DNA of 64,000 bases from Octopus vulgaris (Eukaryota), in contig OX597837.1 of NCBI GenBank assembly GCA_951406725.2, positions 4,836,001-4,900,000 on the forward strand, given 5' to 3'. The notes beneath the pieces are model-generated. The model was not told the DNA's origin, searched no databases, and saw nothing but the letters and a program-made list of their open reading frames with translations. The translations under genes and the position numbers were made by a program. Shown piece by piece: positions 52,114 through 64,000 of the stretch (position 1 is its first letter; every line of letters begins with the position of its first letter).

Positions 52114-52320
52114 ATATGTTTGTCTGTGTTTGTCCCCCTAGTATTGCTTGACAACCGATGCTGGTGTGTTTACGTCCCCGTCACTTAGCGGTTCGGCAAA
52201 AAGAGACCGATAGAATAAGTACTGGGCTTACAAAGAATAAGTCCCGGGGTCGATTTGCTCGACTAAAGGCGGTGCTCCAGCATGGCCGCAGTCAAATGAC
52301 TGAAACAAGTAAAAGAGTAT
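51900..52320 (+). mobile_element. SINE family A copy
   Basis: Near-identical to 10414-10823. Confidence 0.88.
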
Positions 52321-52459
52321 AAGTACTGCCCTTTCTTTCAGACAAACCCTCCTCCCCAAACACACACCATAACACAAAAACACCAAATAAAACAAATAAC
52401 CAAGAAATCAGTGTGGAAACGATGTAGGAGGGCAAAAGTGATCAACGGCTGTTACTTAC

Positions 52460-52595
52460 CACTCTTGTGTCTGTTAAACAGAATAGACTGAGCTTTGAGA
52501 ATAAGGACGATGTTCTCCGGATCAGGGCCTTGGACAGCTTTCTTTTTTTTACTACAGAGAAACTCATAAGCCTTGTTGACCTTTTCAAACATTTC
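52460..52595 (-). CDS. DNAJC13: DNAJC13 exon
   Basis: [45 protein letters not shown]; AG/GT. Confidence 0.94.
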
Positions 52596-53385
52596 CTACA
52601 ACAAAACAACAACAATAATGGTTTCAGATTTTGACAAAAGGCCAGCAATTTTAAGGGGAGGGGGTTTAATTAATTACATCAACCCCAGAGCTCAACTGGT
52701 ACTTTATTTCAAGGATGAAGGGCAAAATCAACCTCTGTGGGATGGGATTTGCTATCAGGACGTAAAGCTACAGGAAATGTGACTGAAAAATAAGTCAAAT
52801 CACATATAGCTTGATATTACCTTTAATCATTGGCTTGTTTCAGCCATGAGACTGCGACCAGACTGGGGCGCAACCTTGAAAAATGAAAATTTTAAAGAGG
52901 ACACTTGGCAATGAACTGGGGACCTTGTTAAATATAAAAAAAAGACAGATGGATACATTGGTTAATGTAGTCCAAGATAGGCTGTAAAGAGCAAAAATGT
53001 GCTTCAGTCAGGAATAACCATAGGATTGCAAAAGATCCCCTTGGAGGCACAAGTCCAGAGAAGGTTGCTCAAGGTTATCCAAGGGAAAGGCAAAGATGCT
53101 GATACAGCTTGGCACCAGTGACGTCACAACTCATTTCTACAGATGAGTGAACTGGAGCAACATGAAATAAAGTGTCTTGCTCAAGAACACAACACGCAGC
53201 TCGGTCCGGGATTCAAACTCACAACCTCATGATTGTAAGCCTGACGCTCTAACCACTGAGCCATCCTGTACATAACAAAAGAAAAGAAAAAAGACAGGAT
53301 GGTTAGACATGGTTAGACTGTCTTTGATCCTAGGTCTACTGGATGAAGGTTGGGGTTAGGGTTTAAACAACAAAAGGTGGCTTAC

Positions 53386-53464
53386 CCTGCCATCGGGGTT
53401 CTTATCAGGATGGTATTTCTGGGCCAGTCGGAAGTAGGCCTTTCGTACTTTAGCTTCTTCGTGT
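53386..53464 (-). CDS. DNAJC13: DNAJC13 exon (J-domain HPD)
   Basis: [26 protein letters not shown]; canonical HPD motif; AG/GT. Confidence 0.96.
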
Positions 53465-53970
53465 CTAGAGAAATGGAGGGAAGGAATGAGAGAATGAATG
53501 AATAACAGAATTGAAGAATTAAATGGAGAGAATGATGGAATGGCTAGACTGGACAGAATAAAATGGAGGGAATGAGAGAGCGAATGAAAGGAAGAAGAAA
53601 ATGAGTGAAAGAATTTGAGTATGAATGAGAGAGAGGGGGGGAAGGAGAGAAGGGGGAGTATGTGTGTGAGAGAGAGAGATGAGGGCAAAGTTTAACGAAG
53701 AGAGGAAAAAGCGATATAGAAGAGAGAAGGAAAGAGATTATGAAAGAAAGTGTGAATATGTGCAGGGAGGGGGAGAGAGTGTGTGAGGGAAAGAGGGAAA
53801 ACAAAAGTGCGAAGGAGAGAGGAAAAAAGTGATAGAGAAAATGTGAGACAAGAGAGGGAGTGAGGGAGAGAGAGAGAGGAAAATTGAGAAAGTGTGAGAC
53901 AGGAAGAGAGAGAGAGAGAGGAGGGGGAAGGAAGAAAAGAGTGACAGAGAAGGAGAGAGGAGAGAATATA

Positions 53971-54001
<31 letters not shown>

Positions 54002-54169
54002 AATGAAAAATAAATGTGTGCAAAAAGGAAAGGAAGAAGTATGTGAGAGAGAGAGAGAGAGAAAGAAAGAAAGAAAGAAAGCTACAGAGAAAGTGAGAGA
54101 CAAAGGCTGAGAGAGAGAGAGAGACAGAAGCAAAGGGTGTGTAGGTGAAGAGTCACTGCAAATACTGAC

Positions 54170-54285
54170 CCGGCAGGGACTTTATTCAGGTTTAAAACTT
54201 GGTAAGCTTCCTCTATGGACATGCTAGGGGGTTTCTTCTCCACCTCCTTCTTCCACGCATCCAAAATATCCTTCAGCAGACGTAC
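54170..54285 (-). CDS. DNAJC13: DNAJC13 exon (start of J-domain)
   Basis: [38 protein letters not shown]; AG/GT. Confidence 0.92.
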
Positions 54286-55272
54286 CTACAATAGAGAAAG
54301 GCAGATATTGAGCCTCACGACTGAAATGTATAAAAGAATAAAGGAATAAGTAGATACAGGTATATCCTTTACGGCCATGCCTCCCACTCCGTTTCCTAGC
54401 TGAGAGGTCTTTGTCCTGCAGGTGCCAGTTCCATGTAAAATGCACTCAGGTTGGTGCCATGCAAAGTGCACTTATGCAGGTATTACATACAATGCACTCA
54501 TGTCAGTGCCATGTAAAATACACTTGTGCCAGGGCCACGTAAGATGCACTTGTATCTGTGTCGCATTCGATGCACTGGTGCTGGTACCATGGTAGATGCA
54601 CTTGTGTTGGTGTCATGTAAAGTGTACTCAGGCTGGTGCCATATAACTACACGCATGCTGGTGGCGTGTAAAATGCATCTATTTGAGCGAGGTCGTTACC
54701 GGTGCCACTGGACTGGTACCTGTGCAGGTGGCACATAAAAAGCACCACTCGAGCGTGATCATTACCAGCATTGCCTTACTGGCACATGAAAAAACATTTG
54801 AGTGAGGTCGTTGCCAGTGCCGCTGGACTGGTTCCTGTGCAGGTGGCACATAAAAAGCACCATTTGAGCGTGGCCGTTGCCAGTACTGCCTGACTGGCCC
54901 TCGTGCTGGTGGCACATAAAAGCACCCACTACACTCTCGGAGTGGTTGGCATTAGGAAGGGCATCAAGATGTAGAAACTCTGCCAGATCAGATTGGAGCC
55001 TGGTGCAGCCATCTGGTTGACCAGACCTCAGTCAAATCGTCCAACCCATGCTAACAAGGAAAGCGGACGTTAAACAATGATGATGATGACACTCTATAAA
55101 GTGGTGAGCATTAGGAAGGGCACCCAGCCATAGAAACCATGTCAAAACAGACAAATGGAACTTGGACAGCTTTCCGGCTCCTGTGAAATCGTCCAACCCA
55201 TGCCAGCATGGAAAACGGACATTGAACAATGACGATGATGATGATATAATGAAATAGATAAAAATAGATTAC

Positions 55273-55474
55273 CGGGTCTTTGATTGGCCAATCTGGGAAG
55301 TTCATTGTATCACACAGATGTTTAAGGTAGTATATATTACAGAAAAGTTCGTTTTCCAGCTGCGGGTAGCTGATCACTGGGATAGGACAGTATTGATAAA
55401 GGGCACGAGTGTTACTCTGCAGTCGAGGGCTAAAATCAGCCAGGTGGGAAGCAATTTTCTCAATCATCATCCGT
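55273..55474 (-). CDS. DNAJC13: DNAJC13 exon
   Basis: [32 protein letters not shown]...FPDWPIKDP; AG/GT. Confidence 0.95.
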
Positions 55475-56429
55475 CTGAAAGAAGAAGAAGAACGAGGAGA
55501 AGCAGAAATCAGGTTAATTTTAGATAAACAAGTACAAAATAACATCAATTGGTACCGAAGCTTAACCATTTTGCCTCGAGATTATTCAGATTACTGTCAA
55601 ATGTAAAGCTTATTTATTCATATTGTTTCAAATTAATCATGGCTTATCTTGCAGCTTTGAGATTTCAATGGTGTGATTATTTAGTCTCAGAAAGACATTT
55701 ACGGGATAGGTGAGAGAATCCAGATCTGGCCAGTTTTAACAGAAAACTGGTTGAATATTTAGGCTGGATATGGTCGGTTTGAATACTAAAGGATTAAATA
55801 TAATGCTTGTTTTGAATTAATGATGCATTATCTGATAGCTTCAAGATTTCAATGCTGTGATTGTTATATTTTCAGAACAAACATGTAGGGTAGGTGTGAA
55901 AGGCTGGATCTGGTCAATCCAAACATAAAACAGATGGAATATTTTGGCCGGATATTGCTGGTTGAAATGCTAAAGGGTTAATCTTTTAGAATTCAGATTA
56001 CTCTAACAATTGTAAAGCTTATTTATTCACAACAAATTCATTCACATCTTTTATTATCCTGTTGTACCCTCAAGATTTTGAAGATGTGATTGTTTAGTTG
56101 TAGACTGACACTGTAAAGCCACAGGCTTTAATGGGACTCTAAAGTCAAACTACTTCAATAAGTATACACACACACTGACTTCGGGGGAACGAAACTAGGA
56201 GAAACTCCTTCAATAAAAAAAGGTTTAGTCATGTACCATTAATGGTTTTGTGGTCACTATGTATTACCATGTTCTCCACTCATCAGTACAAACATAACTG
56301 GGGAAAAAATTACATACTTTGTATTAATTTTTCCTTAATTGGTTTTTATATGCTGGCTACTTGATAAAATCTTATACAGATTTTATCCCTATGTTTAATT
56401 GAGATGTATGTATGTATGTATGTATGTGT

Positions 56430-56890
56430 CGCAAGAAGCTAGGATCACCAAGCATAGATTGGCATATTTCGGTCATATTATGCAGAGAAAATCCCTGGAG
56501 AAGGACATCATGCTCGGAATGGTCAGTGGCAAGAGAGGAAGAGACCGGCCAAGAACCCGCTGGCTTGACAACATCAAGAGGGATACCGGAATGGACATGG
56601 CCAGTCTGAAGGAAGCGGCCCAGGATAGAACTGACTGGAGGACACTGATCCAACGAGTGACCGAGAGTTGACTTCGACTAAGCGGATAGATAGATGTATA
56701 TATATATTATATATACGGAATGGTCAGTGGCAAGAGAGGAAGAGGCCGACCAAGAACCCGCTGGCTTGACACCATCAGGAGTGATACTGGAATGGACATG
56801 GCCAGTCTGAAAGAAGAGGCCCAGGATAGAACTGACTGGAGGACACTAATCCAATGAGTGACCGAGAGTTGACTTCGACTGAGCGGATAG
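56430..56890 (+). mobile_element. RTE/BovB-like LINE 3' end, with a partial tandem second copy
   Basis: RLAYFGHIMQRKSLEKDIMLGMVSGKRGRDRPRTRWLD...; second copy at 56716-56890. Confidence 0.85.
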
Positions 56891-57210
56891 AGAGATGTAT
56901 GTATGTATGTACATATGTATGTATATGAATATCTATGTGTGTGTGCCTTTGTGTGTTTGTTTGTTGTCATCCCCATCACTGCTTGACAACCAGTGTTGGT
57001 GTGTTTACATCCCCGTAACTTGGCAGTTCAGCAACAGAGGCCGACAGGATAAGTATTAGGCTTCAAAATTAAGTTCTGGGGTCGATTTGTTCGAATAAAA
57101 CCCTTTCAAGTTGGTGCTCCAGCACGGCCACAGTCAAATGACTGAAAGAAATAAAGGAATAAAAGAAAACCCAAAACCAAAGCAAGACAAATTTTTTTTT
57201 AGAATCTCAC

Positions 57211-57365
57211 CTCATTTCATTGCTCCATATTGCCTCAGGTGTGTCGAACTCTCCAAGAAATATTTCTGCAAATCTGTCCGCAGAGTAATTTTCCAGGTAA
57301 CAAACCATGGCTTCAGGTAGGAGGTGGCCCATGACACTGCGCTGCATAATGTCAGAAGTTTTGTT
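57211..57365 (-). CDS. DNAJC13: DNAJC13 exon
   Basis: [51 protein letters not shown]; IWN-type repeat variant; AG/GT. Confidence 0.95.
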
Positions 57366-57685
57366 CTGAAATACAAATGAATATAAATATATACACACAA
57401 TTCATCAAAATTATAGATGGTTCTTTACAAGTGCAGATATGGCTGTGTGGTTAAGAAGATTGCTTCCCAAGCATGTGGTCTTGGGTTCAGTCCCACTTCA
57501 CAGCAACTTGGGCAAGTGTCTTCTACTATAGCCCCTAGCAGGTATATATGTATATGTATTTGCATACATATATACATCCATATATACACATAATGTTATA
57601 TATATATATGTGTGTGTAAATATATATATGTGTGTGTGTGTGTGTGTGTATATATATGTGTGTGTATATATATATATGTGTAAAA

Positions 57686-57721
<36 letters not shown>

Positions 57722-57732
57722 ATATATATGTC

Positions 57733-57798
<66 letters not shown>

Positions 57799-57856
57799 CA
57801 TGTATATAAATATGTGTGTGTATATATATATGTGTATATAAATATATGTGTGTGTG

Positions 57857-57890
<34 letters not shown>

Positions 57891-58210
57891 TATGTGCATA
57901 TATATATATATATTTATATACACACACATATATGTGTGTAGGTGTGTGTGTATATATATATATATACATACATACAAACATGCACACACACAAACCAGGC
58001 TTCTTTCAGTTTCTGCCAATCCACCCAAAACCACATGGCTGCACAGCAAGCTACTTAACCCCCAACAGCCATGCTAGTGTCGCTCTCCCCACAGCAATCA
58101 TCCCCCTTGCTCCACATCTTCCTCTCCTACCCTCACAACATGGCTCCAGATTTTTAATTTCTCCCTTACACACACACACACACACGAACACACATTAACA
58201 TGGTGCCTAC

Positions 58211-58411
58211 CTCCTCGGAGCGGAAAGCTTGCTTCAGATGGGTGTACTTGAGGAAGCGTGCAACGGGTAAGACGTTAGACCCAGTGTACATCATGATGAA
58301 GTAGAAGACCCCAGTCAAATAGAGTCGGGATACATTTGGATTGTCCTGCATTATTTCATACAAAAGGATGGCGACCCTCTCCACTAAGGCAGGGTCAAAG
58401 GTCAGGAGTAA
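58211..58411 (-). CDS. DNAJC13: DNAJC13 exon
   Basis: [17 protein letters not shown]...[26 protein letters not shown]; AG/GT. Confidence 0.95.
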
Positions 58412-59402
58412 CTGAAATCAAAAGAAGAAACAAAAAAAAAACATAACATATATCAGCTTCTGTAAGAATTCATTTCTAAAAGATATTTATGTAGAGGTCT
58501 ACTTTGCCTCTAACCCCATTTGGGGCTAATAAAACAAGTACCAGTTGCATACTGGGGTTAATGTAATCAACATGCACACTCCCACGAAATTGCTGGCCTT
58601 GTGCCAAAATTTGAAACCATTATTATTATTATTATTGTTGTTGTTGAGTGAGAGAGCAGTTCATGCCATCAAAGTGACACTGGGGTAAAATATACGAATC
58701 CCAATATACCCATCATGACTACCCGTCTGATAAGGGTACACCAGGCACATGCATCACAACCATATGTGTGCAACATGGTGATCTCATATCAAGATAAACA
58801 GCACATAACCTTGCGGGTGGGGCCCAGTTAGAATTTTCTTCTGGTCGGGTAACCCATCTCACTCAAAAGGTCCCTGATTAAGGATTGTTTAAAGATGTTG
58901 AAAGAACCACCCATGTTTCCAGAGGTGAATTATTCAAACCCCCAAGAAATTCCTCTCAACACATGGCTATGATGCTCTCCCACTACTTCTGCTCGTGGTC
59001 AGAGATGCACATATCGTCAGCCACTAAGGGACATGCTCAACTGGTTACGGTCAAACAACTGACAAGCAAATCTGTAGATTATTATTATTATTATTATTAT
59101 TATTATCATCATCTTAAGGCTGTGAGCTGGCAGAATCGTTAGCACGCCGGCCACAATGCCTTGAGGCGTTTCGTCCATCTTAACATTTTGAGTTCAAATT
59201 TGGCCAAGATCAATTTTGCTTTCTATCCTTCTGGGGGTCTATTAAACAAGTACCAGTTGCATACTGGGGTCGAAGTAATCGACTTATCCTGTCTCCCAAA
59301 ATTACTTGCCTGTGTGGCAAAATTTGAAATTTTATCAGGAGTGACCAAGGGTTAAACAACAACAACCAACAGACACAATAGCAACAAGGGATCGAATCTT
59401 AC

Positions 59403-59487
59403 CTGAACTATGTGAGGTAAAGAGGTAGCATCAGACAGCAATCTTTTAGCCCGTGGAAGTGGTCGAACGATCGCACCGTCCGTATCT
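59403..59487 (-). CDS. DNAJC13: DNAJC13 exon
   Basis: (R)[28 protein letters not shown]; AG/GT; phase compatible with both neighbours. Confidence 0.92.
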
Positions 59488-61842
59488 CTGCAAACAAGGG
59501 AGACAACCATTAATTAAAACATTATTTGCATACACCTCAGTGTGTGTGTGTGTGTGTGTAGATAAGCATATTTTCTATCTTCTACTGGTTTCATTTGTCA
59601 GATTGTGGCCATGCTGGGGCACTGCCTTGAAGAATTTTAGCCAAACAAATCAACCCAGGTACTTATTCTATCAGTCTCTTTCACAGAAATGCTGATTTAT
59701 GGGGACGTAAACACACCAAGACCGGTTGTCAAGCGGTGCTTGGGGACAAACAAGGGCCCAATCACACACACATCTGATGGATTTCAGTCATTTCTCATCT
59801 GCTGAATCCACTCGCAAGGCTTCGGTCGGCTTGAGGCTATAGCAGAAGGGACTTGCTCAAAGTGTCATGCAGTGGGACTGAACCCAGAACCCTGTGTTAG
59901 GGAGGGAGGCAAACCGTTTTTTTTTTTTTTCCCCTAGTCTAGGCACAAGGCCCGAAATTTTGGGGGAGGGCTATCGTCGATTAGATCAACCCCAGTACGC
60001 AACTGGTACTTAATTTATCGACTCCGAAGGGATGAAAGGCAAAGTCGACCTTGGCGGAATTTGAACTCAGAACAGAAAGACCGACGAAATACTGCTAAGC
60101 ATTTCGCCCAGCATCCTAACGTTTCTGCCAGCTCACCACCTCTTATCACACAGCCACGCCTGCACCTGTGTGCAGAATTATTAAATGCGCTAACGCATGT
60201 TTTAGCATTCAAATTGTTCTGCCAAATGTAATGCTTTTCCATTCACATTGCTTTTAATTAATCTTGCATTATTTTGTAGCTTCAAGATTAATCAAACACA
60301 GTAGGAATGAAAAAACATTGCGTTTGACAGAACAATTTGAATGCTAAATGGTTAAGCATTCAGATCACATTATTTTGTAGCTTTAAGGCGGTGAGCTGGC
60401 AGAGTTGTTAGCACGCTGGACAAAATGCCTAGCGGTATTTCACCCGTCGTTACATCCCGAGTTCAAATTCCGTTACATCCCGAGTTCAATAAATTAAGTA
60501 CCAGTTAAACACTGGGGTCGATGTAATTGACTTGTCCCCACCCCTACAATTTCAGGCCTTGTGCCTATAGTAGAAAGGACTATTTTCTAGCTTTAAGAAG
60601 GTGAGCCAGCAGTTAGCACACTGGACGAAATGCTTAGCAGTATTAACCCCAAAAGGATGAAAGGCAAAGTCAACCTCAGTGGAATTTGAACTCTGAACGT
60701 AGTGACAGGCAAAATACCGCTAAGTATTTCATCCGTCGCTACATTCCGAGTTCAAATTCCGCCGAGGTCGACTTTGCCTTTCATCCTTTTGGGGTCGATA
60801 AATTAAGTACCAGTTACGCCCTGGGGTCAATGTAATTGACTTGTCCCCTCCCCCACAATTTCAGGCCTTGTGCCTTTAGTAGAAAGGATTATTTTGTAGC
60901 TTTGAAATTTTGGAGACTGTTGCCAGAGCAACAAGCTGGTCTCTGAGCCGATGGCACATTAAAAACACCATTCGAGCGTGATCGTTACCTGTGTCGCCTT
61001 ACTAGCACTTGTGCAGGTGGCACGTGAAAAAACATTCGAGCGAGGTCGTTGCCAGTGCCGCTGACAGGCTCCTGTGCAGGTGGTACATAAAAAGCACCAA
61101 TTGAGCATGGCCGTTGCCAGTACCGCCTGACTGGCCCTCATCTGGTTCGCCAGTCCTCAGTCAAATCGTCCAACCCATGCTAGCATGGAAAGTGGACGTT
61201 AAACGGTGATGATGATGTAGCTGCGTATTTTCAGAGTGGCATTGAAAGGTAGGAGTGATAAGCTGGATCTGGCTGATGTGAATATAAAATAGGTAACATA
61301 TCTGGGCCGAATGTCATCATCATTATCATCATCATCATCGCTTAACGTCCGTTTTCCGTGCTAGCACAGGTTGGACGGTTCGACCGGGATCTGGGAAGCC
61401 AGGGGCTGCACCAGGCTCCAGTCTGATCTGGCAGAGTTTCTACAGCTGGATGCCCTTCCTAACACCAACCACTCCGCGAGTGTAGTGGGTGCTTTTTACG
61501 TGCCACCTGCACAGGTGCCAGGGGGATCCGGCATCGGCCACGATCGGTTGGTGCTTTTAACGTGCCACCGGCATGGAAGCCAGCCAAGGGGGCGCTGGCA
61601 TCGGCCACGTTCGGATGGTGCTTTTTATGTGCCACCGGCACTGGAGCCAGTCGAGGCAGCACTGGCATCGGCCACGTTCGGATGGTGCATTTTATGTGCC
61701 ACCGGCACAGAAGCCAATCGAGGCGGCACTGGCAACGGCCACGTTCGGATGGTGCTTTTTATGTGCCACCGGCACGGGTATCACAATGTGGTCGGTTTAA
61801 ATGCTAAAAGGTTAAAGTGAATGGTCAAAAAAGTATAAAAAC

Positions 61843-62045
61843 CTGCTGGGGTAATGTTCAACGATGCGGATCAACATGCTGAGAACTAGTTTGGCAAGTT
61901 CGGTCTCATTCATGACGGGCTGACTCGTTGCCATCAGCTTCCACTTGAGTTGGGTGACATTCTGTAACGCTCTCCAGCCATCCATGCCCTGCGCCCAGCA
62001 TCGGGTTTTTGCATTGATCACATTCTCATTCCACAGATTTTTCAT
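61843..62045 (-). CDS. DNAJC13: DNAJC13/RME-8 exon (first visible; gene continues upstream of the window)
   Basis: Encodes MKNLWNENVINAKTRCWAQGMDGWRALQNVTQLKWKLMA...EHYPS; AG/GT boundaries; resembles the GYF_2-region WAQGMDGWR motif of RME-8. Confidence 0.92.
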
Positions 62046-62437
62046 CTGAAACGAAAATCAACCACAGAGATAGAAAAGCGAGGAGGTATATGTGTGAGTG
62101 TGTGTGTGTGTCTTATCTTTTACTTATTTCAGTCAGACAGTGGCCATGCTGGAGCACTGCCTCAAAGACTTTCAGTTTAACAAATCGACCCAACACATTA
62201 TTTTTTAAGCCTGTTACTCTCTCTTTTAACTCTTTTACTTGTTTCAGTCATTTTGACTGCGGCCATGCTGGAGCACCACCTTCAGTCGAGCAAATCGACC
62301 CCGGGACTTATTCTTTGTAAGCCCAGTACTTATTCTATCAGTCTCTTTTGCCAAACCGCTAAGTGACGGGGAAGTAAACACACCAGCATTGGCTGTCAAG
62401 CAATGCTAGAGGGACAAACACAGACACACAAATATAT

Positions 62438-62481
<44 letters not shown>

Positions 62482-63154
62482 GACAGGCTTCTTTCAGTTT
62501 CCATCTACCAAATCCACTCACAAGGCTTTGGTTGGCCCGAGGCTATAGCAGAAGACACTTGCCCAAGATGTCAGAACCCGGAACCATGTGGTTGGTTAGC
62601 AAGCTACTTACCACACAGCCACTCCTGCACTTATTCTATATCTATATATGTTAATCTCTTTTGCCAAACTGCTAAGTTACAGGGACGTAAACACATCAAA
62701 AGCAGTTGTCAAGCAGTGGCCAGGAACAAAGACACACACATACAACTAGAGGTGCAATGGTCCAGTGGTTAGGGCAGCGGACTTGCGGTCGGAAGATCGC
62801 AGTTTCAATTCCCAGACCGGTTGATGTGTGTGTTTATTGAGCGAAAACACCTGAAGCTCCACGAGGCTCCGGCTGGGGGTGGTGGCGACCCCTGTTGTAC
62901 TCTTTAGCTCTAACTTTCTATCACTCTTTCTTCCTGTTTCTTATCCTCGACTTCCTACACAACCGCTGAGCCTGGATGCGCATTCATCCATTTGTCGATG
63001 CTCTCGGTCTCGGGGGTTGACCTGCTTTCTCATCTGTGGGTCTTACGAATAGCAAAGGCCCACGTTTCGGACTTCTCCCACTAGGGACGAAGACTGCTTT
63101 GCTCAACAAGCAAACAAAACACCAGCATCAACACCAATGTTTTTTACACGGTAC

Positions 63155-63572
63155 AGATCTTTTCGGTTTGAACGGCAGTTTTTAACATTATTTCTAGGTA
63201 ACTAAAAAATTTTTAACTTCGTATACTGCTAGAATGTGTTTATAAAACATCTTTTTCTCTTGGCTTTATTGAGAAAATTCTATAGTTTGTAAGATATTTG
63301 TAGTTTTTTTTCTTCAATTTCTGCAATTTCAACCAATCAGTGACGTCTATTGAGGTAAAAAAAATCATGTGCCGTATGAATATTTTCCTCGTTTAAGAAA
63401 CAGATTGGGTTTATTTACATTTGTGAAGAAAAAAAAGATACCCTTCCCCCCACCTCTAACCCTAACCCTAAAACAGATTGAAATGCAATAGATCCATACT
63501 AGGGTCATAATTATGGGTGACAATTTCATATGACACCGCTAGAAAAAACTGCCGTTCAAAGCAAAAAGATCC
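63155..63572. mobile_element. Same MITE family, copy 4
   Basis: TSD CACGGTAC/CACAGTAC (one mismatch). Confidence 0.88.
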
Positions 63573-64000
63573 CACAGTACCTTGGTGTTAGGATTTCAGT
63601 TTTGTTATTGTAGGCAGGTTTTCTCGAATACAGCAATGCACTGCATATCTCAGTCCCCTGCCAACTCCTTCATAAGGGTCACCAAAAAATATTTTTTTAA
63701 ATGCTCGCCATACTAAGTAAAAACACTTCCAGACTGTTCTATAGAGAAAGATATTCATTATCATCATCGTTTAACGTCCGTGTTCCATGCTAGCATGGGT
63801 TGGACGGTTCCACCGGGGTCTGGGAAGCCAGGAGACTGCACCAGGCTCCAGTCTGATCTGGCAGTGTTTCTAAAGCTGGATGCCCTTCCTAACGCTAACT
63901 ACTCCTTGAGTGTAGTGGTAATATATTTGGAGGATATCATGCTATCATAGGACAGGCATGAACCTCAGGACATATCATAATTCAGCTAACTGAGGAATGT

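Overview
Eukaryotic, very repeat-rich window. The SINE families and microsatellite load point to an octopus (coleoid cephalopod) genome (inference); there is one 100-N gap at 33243-33342. The only supportable host gene is the 3' half of DNAJC13/RME-8 on the minus strand: 26 GT-AG exons from 62045 down to a stop at 16586, about 1,220 codons, including the J-domain HPD motif. One conserved exon appears to be absent between 24371 and 31846, and the reading phase breaks there. The rest is SINEs, MITEs, non-autonomous Helitron-like elements, a decayed full-length mariner, LINE remnants (RTE, R4/Dong, Hero-like) and Penelope-like GIY-YIG remnants. The most interesting non-obvious signal is a set of minimal type-I hammerhead-ribozyme motifs in several unrelated short repeat families. 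One family has a tRNA-like head joined to a hammerhead-bearing tail and occurs as a head-to-head palindrome. Most ORFs in the supplied track are microsatellite or SINE artefacts.
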